Source: Nymphaea colorata (lineage: Eukaryota). Taken from it: a DNA stretch of 64,000 bases. This document shows, piece by piece, positions 1 through 13,815 of this stretch; positions within the stretch are counted from its first letter, which is position 1; each line of letters starts with the position of its first letter. The stretch lies in assembly GCF_008831285.2 (NCBI RefSeq), contig NC_045138.2, positions 10,726,001-10,790,000 of the forward strand, read 5' to 3'. Below the pieces are notes generated by a model. The model saw only the letters and a program-made list of their open reading frames with translations. It was not told the origin of the DNA and did not search any database. Position numbers and translations under genes: made by a program.

Positions 1-898
1 AGTTTGTAGAAGACTGGAGACAGTCACCAGCCTTCATCGGAAAGTGGAGGTGCTGACATGTTTTGAGGGAAGAGCTTAGCAGGACTTCTCCCATAAATTT
101 TGAAGTGTCGCGAGAGGTTGTTTTTGATATTGTGCCTAAAGTCATGCTCCACACACCAGGTGTGCATTAGGACAGGGCCACTTCACCCAACTGCTTTGAG
201 GCATTTTGTTGGGTGAAGCATGTGAGACACTCACTCCATGTAGTGAAATGTGCGCCCTTAACAACACTGCCATTGCTTTTGAACAATACATAGAAATATG
301 CAATCAGTTTGGAAATTCCTTTACATAGTTAACACTTTCACAATTTTTTTAAATTGCATCATGCATATTCTACATTCTATCATAAACCATAAGATTTAAA
401 ATATGTGAGCTGCAATGAATATGAAAGTGTTGCCCTCTCAACAGAATAAAATTTCTTTCTCCTTAATTCCTTTAGTTCACCTATTGCACTAACATTTGTC
501 AAACGATTATCAGTAGTAACACAAAATAATTTTGATTGAATCTTCCATATAAAAGTACAATATGATAGTGTCTCATACAAACTATTTGCATTATGTAGTT
601 GAGGTACATTTATAAAACTGAATGAGAATGCAACTTTCAATGATTATCAATATATTGTCTGGTCACAAATTTTTGAATTACATTTTCGCAGCCTTGTGTA
701 TTGACATAGTATTTCTCTCTAGTGTTTTCCTCAAAATTGGTATAAACTTTGAATTACAAGATTGAAAAGCGATGATTATATATTTTTGTTGCACTAATCT
801 AAATGAAAACTTATGTACTATTATTGTCTTAGTTATTAACTCTCTTGTATGAAGTTGCACTAGATTCATAAATTTAGGTGACAAAGTTTGTTGACCAC

Positions 899-2900
899 TG
901 TAATCACCCCAAAATTTTCAATCTCTATTTAGCATTTTTCGAACATTTTATGATAACTTTATAACAACATTCAAGGATTTTCAGCTTCAAACACTTCAAT
1001 TTCTGTTAATTATGGTCAATTTCTTCTTTTATTTTACAATCAACAATATTTATAACTTATTTGGATTTATTTCAGAATTTGGACACAAAGGCCAATCTCA
1101 ATTTAGACTTATTATATATTTCAAACTGGGATCCGATTCAAAAATTCATATAGAAGCCTAAAACAAACCCTAGATCCGAATCCGGACCCAAAGGCCAGCC
1201 CTGGATCCGAATCCAGTTCCAAATACTAGCCCTAGATCCACAATAGATCCTTAAATCCAAATCACATACAAAATGGATCCATATCCAAATCCAAATTCTA
1301 AAACTAGATCTATAGTGGAACTTTAGATCTAGACCTTGATCCAAATCTCAATTTTAAACTCATTTGACCCCAATTTGTGCCTTCATATCAATTCGAACCC
1401 GATCTGAACCCAAAATCCAAAGTCTAGATCCATATCCTTATTCAGTTCCAAATTCTTGATTTGGAACTAAATTTAAATTTGAGATTCAGAACCAAATATG
1501 AGTTTTACATCAAAATTTAAGATCCAAATCCAAATATATTATTTTTTATCCATTCTAAGCTTTTGATCCAAATGCCATTCTAAATTTGAGAGGTAGATCC
1601 ATTTTTAGATCCGAATACAAGTCACTAATCATTCTGAATCCAAGTGTTGAGGCATGATGACCATTTTCCAAATACCAATAAATTTCTAATTTAAGATTCT
1701 CAAAATACCCTTGATTTTATGAAAATATCATTGAATTTCTCAAAATGCCCTTGATTTTCTTGAAATATCGTTTCATTTAAAAAAGACCTTACTTCTTCAC
1801 AAAAAGACCAAAATACCCTTTGTGGGGTCCACAGCCAACGTGGCAGGCTAACCAAGCCTGGTCTGGCCAATCCAGGCCCGAGCAGTCCTGGCTTGCGCGC
1901 CTTGGCACAACCTAGCATAGCTTGGCCTGGCGTAGCCCTAGCCTGCGGGCTTGCCTCGCATGGCGCAGCCCTGGCCTGCCCAGTGCGGCATGGCCCTGGC
2001 AAGCATGGTCTAGCACTGGCGGGCCTAGCATGCCCAAGCATGGCCCTGGCACACCCTAGAATAGCACAAGCATGGCCAAGCATGGCCCTGGAGGAGCTTG
2101 CGATGGACTCTTGGGGTCATCTCCAACCTGTTCAAGCTACCATCAAGGAGTTCTCTTTGCCCAGAAAAGCTACGGAGCTGCCTCTACATCAAATCCTTTT
2201 TTTAACGTATTTCTAAATTTTCTTTGTACAATTTTCTTGTATCTTCTTTTTATAACAAGCCGATGAAGGTCTAAAGTATCTCTTAAGCTAAGGATCCTCC
2301 TTGAAGCTCCGGGAGCATAACAAAGGCAAACATTTTCATCAAGATCTTTTTTTCTCTATTTTTAACTTATTTTTTTCATTTTAACTAATTTATTCATTTC
2401 TTTTAATTTGTTTATTTATTTTAAACTTGTTTTTCTCTCTTTTTAATTTCTCTCTTCTTCATTTTAACTTTTTTTCTCTCATTCTTTACTCCTCTCTTTT
2501 TCATTTTAATGTTTATTTCTCTCATTTTAACTTTTCTCTATCATTTTAACTTATATTCCTCTCATTTTAGATTTCTCATCTTTATTTCCTTCTTTTTTTA
2601 TTCTTCTTTTCATTTCTCTCTTATTTAATTCTTTCTCTTTCAAATCTCTCTCTCTCTTTCTCCCTCTTTCATTTTTATTTTTCTCTATGTATTTTCATTT
2701 TTGTTTTTCTCACTTTCTTTACCTATTCTTGCTCTTTCATCGTATATCTATCTTTTCATTTCTCTATCTGATTCTCTATTTTGATGGCTTGATTGTATAT
2801 GGATGTGTATTACGATGTGAGGATTTGGGCCGGGTTATTTTTCTATTTTTTTCATTTTGAGGTTGGGACATGTTCAACCCAAAAAACACCCAAACACGCT
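899..2900 (+). mobile_element. Truncated LTR-like fragment (Tat/Ogre-like); right end approximate
   Basis: Starts TGTAATCACCCCAAAATTTTC, similar to the LTR start at 55374(-). Contains GGATCC/ATCCAA-rich and GC-rich blocks. The first ~520 bp are homologous to 28751-29286. Confidence 0.55.
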
Positions 2901-3486
2901 TGATGTACATGTTAATTTGCATTGAGCATGTCATTTTCGATTTTTCAAATTGCAAATTTATCTTTCATATTTTTTTTAATCATTCTTCTAACCTTCTATT
3001 GGTCCACCTATATTTTGAATACACCCTTGAGTGACTCGCTAGATGAAATTACCTATATCAATTTCCATCAAATTTTTCTTTTTCATTGCTTCATAGATGT
3101 ATGCTATGATAGGAATGATGTATTTGAACATTTTGTTACAGACATATCTGCTTTTTCTCATAAAATACAGTTTTATTCAGTTCATTTTTAGTTAATTTGG
3201 TTGTGATCTCACTAAAGTTTAAGGTTGAAACAGTTGAAAATAGACATGTTAACATCACATTACATGTAATTTCTATGATGCACAACCATGTTTGATCTAT
3301 GTCATTAAATTACGTTGATATGTGTGATCACTTATGGGTCTAGTTATGATGACACAAGTCATGATCTTTTTTATCCCATATTAGCATGGTTAATGGACAA
3401 GATTGTATGAGATGAAGATAAAGATAGGTTTTAAGCTCATAGAGATTAAATTGTAATGTACAATTCTGTCATGACATGTATGATCC

Positions 3487-3800
3487 AAGTGGGAGTTTGT
3501 TAGATATCTATATAGTGGGCCTATGTATAGGTCGATTATTGTACACTGCAGGCCATTTGTACAGAAAGAGCTAATTTAAGGTGAATGTGAACTCAGCGAA
3601 ATGGTTCATTACCTTCTAAACCATTTCATCCCAAGTGAAAAATGAGTTGTTCTTATTGTACCACCTAAATTAACGCATGGCTTCTCATTCAAAGTATAGG
3701 GAGTCTATGGTCACACGGGTTTTTACAAGCACTTATTGGCATTAAAAGAATTGACTTTAAAACCCAATTTGGTACATGTTTGCCATTTAATTTATGAAAA
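3487..3800 (+). mobile_element. Copia-type polypurine tract (PPT) plus start of a 3' LTR; extent approximate
   Basis: AAGTGGGAG followed by TT-TGTTAGA at 3498, the typical PPT-LTR junction. Confidence 0.4.
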
Positions 3801-5019
3801 ACAAATGTTAATCTAGTTAATTTTAATTTATTCATTTGGCTTTTGTTATAGGTAAAACGGTGCCCAATGTGTAAGAATGGTGGGAGGGTGGTGTGGGTGA
3901 TAGTATCCTATAAGATGCATATGAATGCAAGTGGTGGATGGTGAGTTCTCTCCTTAAGATAATCCCTTTTTTGTTATCTTCTATCATGCTTTAGTCTCTC
4001 TTGTAGAAGTTAATCGATCTTCGCTTGTTATGGGACAAGTTTGTTCATGGCTCTTTCAAAGTTGACTGCCATGTTATTTACTTGAGTGGTCATGTTTTGC
4101 ACTGTCCCCTGAAGAGCTTCATGTCTCATTGCATGGTATTGATGTTGGCCCTCAATTTGTTGATTTCCTCTTCCACGTTGTCCACTTAGTCTATGTTGTG
4201 GGGCACCATATAACTAGTGCTCTGATATTAGAATTGGTGTGGCCTATCCCTATGGTCCCTAGTGCAATATAAGATGGAACGTGCAAACAAACCTTTGAGC
4301 AAAGTAACAAGTACAAGCAACCCACTGCCAACCACTCTTCACAACAATGCACACTCTCTATGTGCAGCCTGCCTAGTTGTGTATGTTGGCCACAATGCCG
4401 GCTGACCTCCTACTATTGACACTATTAGGCATAGACTAGGCAGTGCCCGAGTCCAAGCCCTGGTCGAGCCAAGTACAAGATACCCGTCGGATACCCAGCG
4501 CATCTTCCAGCCCTACATGGAACAGGTCATGGGCTACTGCGAATTCCAACTCCATGTGAATCTCTTACCCTCCCCTCTCCTTCCTTTCTCCTACTCCTTC
4601 AGACAGACCACCCACCGTTGTGAGAGTAGATTTTCCTTCTCAGGCAGTAGTGATGGTGAGATGATAATAGATATCCAGCCACCACCACAATGAGAGTGGC
4701 TCTTCTATAATGATCAAAAGGGTAAATCCCTTCTTTTACGTTTTCTTCGTTTGTTCCAGTGATTTAGGGAAATGGGGTTTCATTTTGGATTTTCACCTAC
4801 AGATCAGTTCTGTTGCTTGATCTTGGCATGGATCTTTTTATTTTTGTGATTCAACTGAGTTCTTGTGGACATGGTCCTGTTTTTTTTTTTTTTTTTGCAA
4901 ATTCTGCTTGTGTAATTATTTGAGAGGAAGGGTTTAAGGGAAACAAAGTGGTTTATCCATCTATGGATAGGATGACTTGTTCCTCTTATCCAGGGAGTAG
5001 GCAATTAGAGAGCTCCAAA

Positions 5020-5180
5020 GGGGCATTTGGCTAATGGAATAGTAATAAACCTTTCCATGAATCTTCCCTAAAAGTTAGGGTAGGTTCAAGGAGCACTAGA
5101 ACTAGTGCTCCATAAACCTGTCCCACAATTTGGTGTAGGTTCATGGAATGGTACATTAACCATATTCCATTAGCCACATG
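5020..5180. mobile_element. Tourist-like MITE, same family as 28596
   Basis: CATTTGGCTAATGGAATA...TATTCCATTAGCCACATG inverted termini; shared internal CATGAA motifs. Confidence 0.6.
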
Positions 5181-5299
5181 TTTTTTTACCTCGGATATGA
5201 GATTCAAGGTGTTTCCCTTCTATGAGACTTCAGATGTGGGGTTTTAGCCACATAAGATCTCAAATTCTCATTTTTACATAGTGTCGAAATCTAATGTTT

Positions 5300-6030
5300 A
5301 TTTGTTTTTCCTTTGCATGTATCATGTAGAAGGGATTAAAGTTCAGCCTTGAGCCAAGATGGAAGCTGTTAAAGACACCCTATTATAACAAATTTATAGA
5401 ATTATATACCAATACTACAATGCACATTCGTAGGTTTCCAATGCTCGATCACATTGAAGTTGTTCACAGCGAACTCAAGCAAACAACGATCAATGAATGA
5501 CTAAGAGACACTACACTCGACCTTACCCAAGAAGCCGAGAAAGGTATTATAAACTACCAAGAGATGAGCATGATTAGTTGCAGGTGAGTGAGAGGTTAAC
5601 AAACCACTGTTTGGAAGGAGGGCTGAAGGCCCTTTATTCCCTCTCTCTTTTGTCAAGAGTTGCATCAGCGTTAACAATGGTAGAGCTTCAACTTAAATAC
5701 CTACAAAACCAGAAGTATAGCATTTATGGGAATCGAATTAGGGACGTGCGTTTTTTACATTCCCCTCCGCCGACCAGCTAAGAAAAGGAAACTTGCTGGT
5801 CTCGAAATCAAATGGGTCCGTTGGTGCTCCAGCTAGTCAACAATCTCAACATCGCCGAGTTGGGAAAACTGCCATTGTCTCACTCTTGGCCCGGCGGATT
5901 CTCTATTTCATCCCCTCGCCGAAGCTGGATTAAGTACTGTATCTCTGGAATAATCGTCCCGGCAAGTCAACCGAAATCATGCCTTCCTTTCCTTGCTCTT
6001 GCTTCGGTTTTGCAGTCCTCGGCAGGAACC
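5300..6030 (-). mobile_element. Gypsy remnants upstream of ATXR4: probable 3' end (PPT plus LTR start at 5759, minus) and a short RT-like fragment (+)
   Basis: Minus strand GGCGGAGGGGAA-TGTAAA junction; chromodomain-like QYLIQ nearby; + strand 5307-5377 resembles EGIKV..KMEAVKD of gypsy RT. Confidence 0.4.
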
Positions 6031-6047
6031 CCAGAGCTGCATAGTCT

Positions 6048-6071
6048 GAGAGAGAGAGAGAGAGAGAGAGA
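6048..6071 (+). repeat. (GA)n microsatellite just upstream of the ATXR4 start codon
   Basis: Direct reading. Confidence 0.9.
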
Positions 6072-6078
6072 AGACGAG

Positions 6079-9000
6079 ATGATGCGCGTATGCCGCTCAA
6101 AGCGCCTCTGCCTCTCCATGGTTACCCGTCGAGAGTTCACTTCTGTCTCAGAAGAATGCCCATCGGCAGCTGCTGCTCGTCCTCCTCCGATCAGGGTTTC
6201 GATGACGGAACATGCTGGAAGAGGTGTGTTTGCTACTCGAAGGATCAACTCCGGGGACTTGATCCACACCGCGCAACCTTTGGTCACTCATCCGGCTCTT
6301 TCCCTAATAGATAAGGTAACATCGTTGTCTCTCTCCATTGCTCCACCTTTCTCCATTTTCCTTACGCTGATAGAAAATCATCAGCGCCTCGAGCGTCATA
6401 TGATTCTGCACAATGCTTGTCTCCTTTACATTTTGAACTTTTCTGAGCTCCTGGATCTTCTTGGTTGGGCACCTTTTTGCTGAAAGTTTATGTTTATGTC
6501 AGTAATCTGGGTTTTTCTCGTGCTTGTATCTTTGGTCTTCTCTTTAAAAGCATTTTCTTGGGCACCGAAAAGAAGGTTGTGTCACTGCATTCTATGCCAT
6601 GTATAAACAACATTTTGATGTGAAACTTATCTATGTAGAGTTGGAAACTAAGTAGAAGAGAAAAAGCAAAAATAAATAATATTCTTGTGATACTTGGTAT
6701 TTCGGCCCTTCGGGGCCCACCACAGTAAGGGAAGAAAGCACCTTTCTTCCTTTCCTTTCCTTTCTTTTCTTCTCTTGTTTGTTACTGTTAGCTTGTGATC
6801 TCTTATAGATTGAGATATAGCAGTAATTATGGCTGATACTGGTAGAGATATTAGACATAAAATGAGATAAGGTGTATGGAAGAATTGCCTTCTCCATTTT
6901 ATGTACTTAGGCTTTGGAAGAACGATAACATAAGGCAACTGAAAATGAAAATATTGGCTAAATTGCTTATCAATCATGCAACTACTAATTTATTCCTTTC
7001 TTCTTGCTTGGTTGTTGCCAACTGTTGACATCTATTTTTTGCATTGTTTTGATGCTTTACTAATGGTTGTTGACACCTATTCTGTTACTTATTACCTAAT
7101 GTTAATGCTACCAGGTTTGTTACCTATGTCTGAAGCGATTGAAGTTGGGCCCCAAACAGAAAGAGATGCCTGATGGTGATACCCTTTTCTTTTCCAGTGA
7201 ACATAGGTTGCACCAACACAATTTAAACAATGGGCTGCATGTTTCTTTCTGCAGTGAGAAATGTTATAATTGTTCAAAGGTTGGTGTTAGTTCTTCTTAG
7301 TTCTTAGCATCAATTGGTATGTAAGGACATTTTTACTTCAATGAGAAGTCATCTATGGATAATTTTTCTAATGAAAGGGCATGCATGGCATGTTTGAGTT
7401 GACTTTCTTTTGGTGTTGCATTGAAGAGGGCAAATCCCACCCGTTCATGTGCTTCCCAAGAGAGGTTATTCATTTTTGTGATCAATCATTCCTTATTCTT
7501 TTTTGAGATGCTAGTGTATCTAAAATTATTATTCATTTATGTAATCGGTATCATTGTCACAAGCAATTAAAGTGGTCGTGCACAAGCAGTCAATGATCTA
7601 ATGAAAGACCTTGGGTGCTTGAAATATTTCATAGGGGTTGAAGTTGATAAGAAGGACGGCAGACTATCCTTGACTCAACATAAGCATACATTGTATCTAT
7701 TGGATAGAGCAAGGATGCTTGTGAACCCCTGGGCCCTAGCCATTATTAACATATTGCACCACAACCTTAGCTATCAATATGTTGAGGTATATGATAATTC
7801 CATGGGATACCAAAGTATATGAGATACGTCTTATTACTTTACTTTGCTTGACTTGATATTGTTTGTCTTCTTAACTAAGTATCACAGGTTATGCATGAGT
7901 CATAGACTAGATTCATGGACACCGTTAAAAGTTTACTATGATAATTGAAAGGAACTATTGGAGATGGGCTCTTGCATATGCTATGTAAGTTTGTGGAAGG
8001 AAGACATATCTTATTGTTTATGCAGATACAGATGATCCAATGTTGTAAAAGGCGTATCATAAAGTATATTGGTTGGGCCGACCTATACATAATGTATCGT
8101 AAACGTAGCGTAACGTATCGTAAATTAATTTTTTAATTCATAAAAATTTTTAAAATTGTAAAAAATAGAGAAAAAATCGGTAAAATCAGGAAAAACAAAA
8201 AAAAATTGAAAAAAACGTGATATATATAAAAAAAAACTCATCACATCATTCATAAGCCATAATATATTAACAAAACGTTTAGAAATGACAAACAAGAAAT
8301 TCATAACAACATAATAAACGTCCATCACAACTTTAAAGTTTAAATTTTAAAGTGTTTTGGATTACATTACAAGTTTACAACAAATAATATATTATGATTA
8401 TCATCAATCAAGGTCCTATCATCCCCACGGGCCACGAGTAAACCTTCTTATCGACAAGCGAGTTCTACTCTAAATCGACGATTTTTCACATAAATGGGCG
8501 ACTTTTGTAGAAAAACTAGTAAAACTTTCCCCTCTCACAACTTTTAGACATGTTTAGAAAGAGGGAGAGAGAGGTTCTTTTGTAAAAAACCACAAAAAGA
8601 TCATTTTATCCCTGTATCATACGATACAAGGATGTATCTGGTGTATCGTCCAATACGGCCTCCGTATCGCACGATACGCTTACAATACACAAGTGTAAGT
8701 GTATCGGGTATCGTACGATACATATCGCACGATACGGGCCCATACCGTGCGATACGGATAACACTGAGATGATCATTATGAGAGGTGGTTTGCCTCAAGG
8801 TATTGCATCTTTGCTAGAGAAAGTTTGGTATCTTGGACCAAGAAGAAGCAAAAGAATGTTTCTACTTTCTAGGTCCAAACAAATGAAGCAAGTGTATCTT
8901 CATGGCTGCAACAGCTAAAATCATATGATTTAGATATTTGCTACTACAACATGGGGAAATTACACTATGTCTCATATTATGTTATAATCAAAGTGCCATA

Positions 9001-12000
9001 AAATAATGTCATTCAATCCCATTTACTGTAGCTGAATATAGCACATTGAAACTGACTAGCATTTTTCATTCGACAAAAAGTTGAAGACAAAGACATTGAA
9101 CCTCATTATAGGTGGAGTGAGAATTAGGTGGCTAATTTGTTCACCAAAGGGCTAACCATTGTCCCATATATCATGTACAGGTATTATACATCGAGGAATT
9201 TCTCTGGTATAATACGACAAAATTGTATATCTCAAAAAAATCTCGGTAAATTTTTTTAAAATTAAAAAAATTTAATAAATCCTAAAAATTATAAAAAAAA
9301 ACAAAAAATTAATAAAAAACATTTTTTATTTTCTGGCATTTTTTGAAAAAAGATGCGTCTAATTGCCGTTTTTTATGGCTTGCTTATTTCTCAGGGATTA
9401 TACGCGTTTTTTTCGAACAATACGCGTTAACAAAGAGCAAATCAATTTTGGTATTCAAGAGCAAGTTGTCTATGCTTTAGGACAATCACAACTTTAGGGA
9501 GATTGTTAAGAATCCTCATTGAATTTGGATCTTCATCCAATTGGATCAGATCAGCCCAGTCGATGTCTAGTCTTGTTGTTACGTATATGCTGTAATTCTT
9601 TTATAAGTTCAGGACATGCTGTCCTTTATACATGTTTCCCTTTGTATGTAATGAATGAAATTTGGTTACAGTTTGTGACCTATTGCAGCACCCCTCCTCT
9701 TTTCCTCCAGCTATTTTGTACAGCTTAAGTATGGAGAAACACATAATTGAACATCTGAATGTGAAAGTTTAGTTTAATCTTGTGGTTAATTTAGTAATGT
9801 CTTCTTTTGTCAGATTTTTTCCTTTTGGATTAAAAATGTCTTTTGACAAAATTTGTGTTTCTTCTGATATTTTTATATTATGTTATGTATATTACGTTAT
9901 ATTATCTTGCTTGGCACCTGTGGTTTTATTGTATATACTATGTCCAATCTGTTATAATGTATAATATATGTACAAACTGAAATAATGTATATTTACGTAT
10001 TGTATATTAATATGTTATATATGTATTAGTACAATCTGAAGCAATTTTTAAAGTAGTTCCATCTGCAGTTGAATCTGTTATAATGTATATTATATGTACT
10101 CATTTGTACAATCTGTTATAATGTATATTATATGTTATATGTACAATCTGTTGTAAACTCTTATGTATAACATATGTACTGATTTGATACGATTTTTGTT
10201 TGAAATGATTCAAATGAAATAGTCTATAGGATCTATAACTGAAATAGTCTATAAGAAATGCAAGTATTGTGTCCAGTTTGTAAACAAGAATGATGTGTCT
10301 TCTTTTGTGCATCAAACTAAGTCATCCGCTATTAGCCTAGAACAGAACAGCACAGTTTCCAGTATGTAAACAAGCTGGAAATGTACTATTAGTCTATTAT
10401 GTAAACAAGTACAAAACAGTTTTCATGTTTTATTTTTTGGCTTTCCTTACAAAGTGTAATCATTCAATTAGAACAGAACAGAACAGTTTTTCAAGTTTTA
10501 CTTGGAATAGAAGCTTACAGTTCAGTCAGTAAGTGCATAATTTTATTATGCAATGGTTAACATAACTTAAAAAAAAAAAGAGAATTCGGGTCACCTTTTT
10601 TGCCTAAGTGTGCCTAGTCTCGCCTAGGCACTAGTCGCTGCGCTGCCTGGGTGCATTGAAAACATAGAGCATGATAGAGGTTCTAATCTTTGCCAGCCAC
10701 CATATGAACTAATGCTTGCCTTACTTGCTGAAGCATTTTCAACATGATCATGATGAAAGCAAATCATGTTTCAACAACTTTCAATAATTTCAAGTTTGAA
10801 AATCTACTAAAAGGAGACAATACATGCTGGTGATTAACAATGATTTCTGATATTCTTTGCATCTTTTTCCATATCTTGAATCCATGGAAATAGTTCATGT
10901 TCTCGAGTATCTTCTTCTTCACTTGGTGGAGTGCATGTCTTTCAATGCCAAATTTAGAGTATGCATAACAGATGAAGTCCAAAAGACATGAGGAAACTCA
11001 CTCCTGAAACCTAAGCCATCATTCTTGAGACATCAGCATTATCTATGATGATCTGCACTACTTTATCAGAACCAACCTCTTTGATTACTTCTATTTGAGT
11101 TGAAAGAACTCTTGCTCTTGTTCTCTAAATAGGTATCAAGATAATATTTTTTATGAAGAAATCAGCCCATGTTATAACATTTGAATTCAGGTACCTCCCA
11201 TAAATAGTTTTCCACCAAGCTTCTGTTGTGCACTGTAGCAAGAACACTAAGCAACCAAGTCTGTCCTCATCAAAACTGTGCAGATAACCAAAGATCTTCC
11301 TCATCTTGTGCAACCACATCTGCTTCAACAAAGAAAAAGAAAAAACTGCACAAAAAATAAAAGAAAGACAAGAAAAAATCTATATCTAAAAAATAAAAGA
11401 ATAGGAATTTCGGTTGTCAAAGAAAAAAGCCTAGGTTATTGGGTGTGAGGCAATGGATTAGGTGTTTCAAGGTGGCAGGTTGCCTAGGATCATCTAACCT
11501 AGGCAACTAGCCTATCCTGTCAGCCTAAGCAAGCCTAGTTACAAGGCTTTCTTGAGCCGTCAACACAACCTAAGGTATACTTTTATATGCCTTCTTCAAG
11601 AAGAAAGTGGTATGTTGTGCAAAATTCTCCATACTTGATTCTGTCATTAACATGATTTTCCATGTGTTGGTAACTTACACCAGAGTTCCTTTCTGTTGAT
11701 CTCTTTTACACTGCAATTACCGGTTTGGTTTCAAATTTCATCTTAATTTTATTCATTCAACTAATTAGGGATTCTTTGATGTGGAGAAGAAAGCAGATTG
11801 GTCATCTTTCCATGATCATTGCAGGTAAGATTGCTTTTCCTGTTTTTCAAAGGTACTGCAAATGATTGTTTGCTCTTTAGCATATCTTGCTAATTAGTGA
11901 TACTATTGCCTGATTATTTCAGAAAGCAGTTGGAGTCTGTTCCTTTGATTGATTGTGTACTTGTCCCATTGTTAAGGTGTAGAGAAATGTAATTCTTGCA

Positions 12001-13760
12001 AATTCGTTCTATTGCAACGGTTGTGTATGCATGACGGCATAACAATAACAAAATGCCAATCAAAGGCAACCAAGGGACGAGGATAATTTTAGCATGAGTA
12101 TGGAATGAAATAACTGTTGTGAAGTCGGGAGAAAAAGCCATAGACACATTGGAATACATATTTTCTGATCCAACTCAAGTTGGAGTGAGGATATTCATTC
12201 TTTAGCCCATGGTACAACCTTTACAGCACAAGAGGTGAATAAAAGCCTCTGTTTGCTCGAATTTGATCAAAGTTGTCTGTTCCTATGCTGATATTGAAGC
12301 CATCTTCTTGGAGAAATTTGCAACCATTGGCTGCTAGTGCATGCATCAGTTGGCATATGAACAGTTGATGAGCAGTATCTTGAGCCACAGGCATATTGCA
12401 ATACATCCAATCTGACTCTGACATGTTCATAAGGCTGTCTGTTCATCCCATTTCAATTGCTTTCTTGTCTTTTAATCCCCTTGCTTGCAATATGGGTCAT
12501 TAGAGAAGTGTTACTTCTAGTCTCTATTTGGCCTTGCATATAGTTAAATATCTTCTGTTGTATTTAAGAATCTTTACCTGTTTTTCCTGTCTCATATAGG
12601 TGATTCAGTATCTTTCAGATTCAGAGTATGGAGTTGATCCTATCAAACATTTACAAATTTCTTGCATAATTTATTATGTGCATCAATAGAAGATGAGATT
12701 TCAGTGTACAGAGATTGGAACATTCACCACCATTACTCTGTATTCTTTAGGCTTGTACTATCTATTATTTTTATGCTTGTTATTTGTATAGGTTTCTGTC
12801 ATTTTATACATTAGCCAACTGATTGATAGGGCCTCTAGGAAGTCATTGTTTTCCAAGGTTTTGTCATCCTAACTGGAGATGGTATTTAGGAGTTTCCATC
12901 CATTTGTTTCCATTGATTCCCATTTTCTTTGCAATGTATGTGGAATTAGTATGTTATTGAAGTCAGTAATGTCACTGCTTCCATAATGCCATTTAATTTA
13001 GACATATGGATATGAAAAGTGAGCTTTTTAATTTGCATTTTCCTCTTTTTCTTCATGAAGTATGAAGGGGCTGAAATATCCATTTTTAGTAAAACGGCTG
13101 TCTTGCATGGTTCTCTCAGGGGCAGCACCAGCTGATAGTCTTGACATACTTCAGCCTGCTGTTTTACCATCCAACTTGATTTCAGAGGTAGTTTGTCTCT
13201 CATGATCCAAAGTCACAAATCATTTTTTTTCTAGCAACTTAGAATGATTGGTCACTTGACTGCATACTTTTGGGAACAGATGTTCTGTCTTACTGGAATT
13301 TCTCATGATCCATAATCAATGTAAGCATGGACACTGGACAGTGTTTTGTTCCTGTCTGTTGACCATGAGAAGCAAGGGCAAAAAAATAAGAAAAGACAAC
13401 GTTTACAGTGTAGGATTCTAAACATATGTTTTTGATGACATAAAATATCTCAAGCTTCTCCATCCAGTGTCGATTCTAATGATGACATCTTTAAATTCAT
13501 TCTCCTACATAAAAGTTGGAGTGACATGATGAGCTTAGATGCATTTGGACGTTATTAAACGCATTAGAAATTGTCCTGAGCTGCAAGTCAAAATTTGCAA
13601 TTCACCCAAACTTCACTAAAGGAATCTTTTCATCTTCCACCAGTCCCAACTCCACATGAGATCCTACCCTCGTTTGCACCCTATGTCACATGGGGTGTGG
13701 ATGCAGCAAATATTTTCACAAAACTCAGGTGCAGAGAATATAATTTATATTTATATATAT

Positions 13761-13815
<55 letters not shown>

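Noticed and set aside
1700..2266. Overlapping Ala/Gly/Pro-rich ORFs on both strands
   Set aside because: By-product of a GC-rich repetitive block inside an LTR-like sequence.
5812..6078. N-terminal extension of the 223-aa ORF upstream of ATXR4
   Set aside because: It runs through TE-like sequence and a GA microsatellite (RERERE); ATXR4-like sequence begins at ATG 6079/6082.
13280..13320. AG..GT-bounded mini-exon in ATXR4 intron 4
   Set aside because: In-frame TAA and no ATXR4 similarity; 14169-14238 fits as exon 5. A poison exon cannot be excluded without RNA data.
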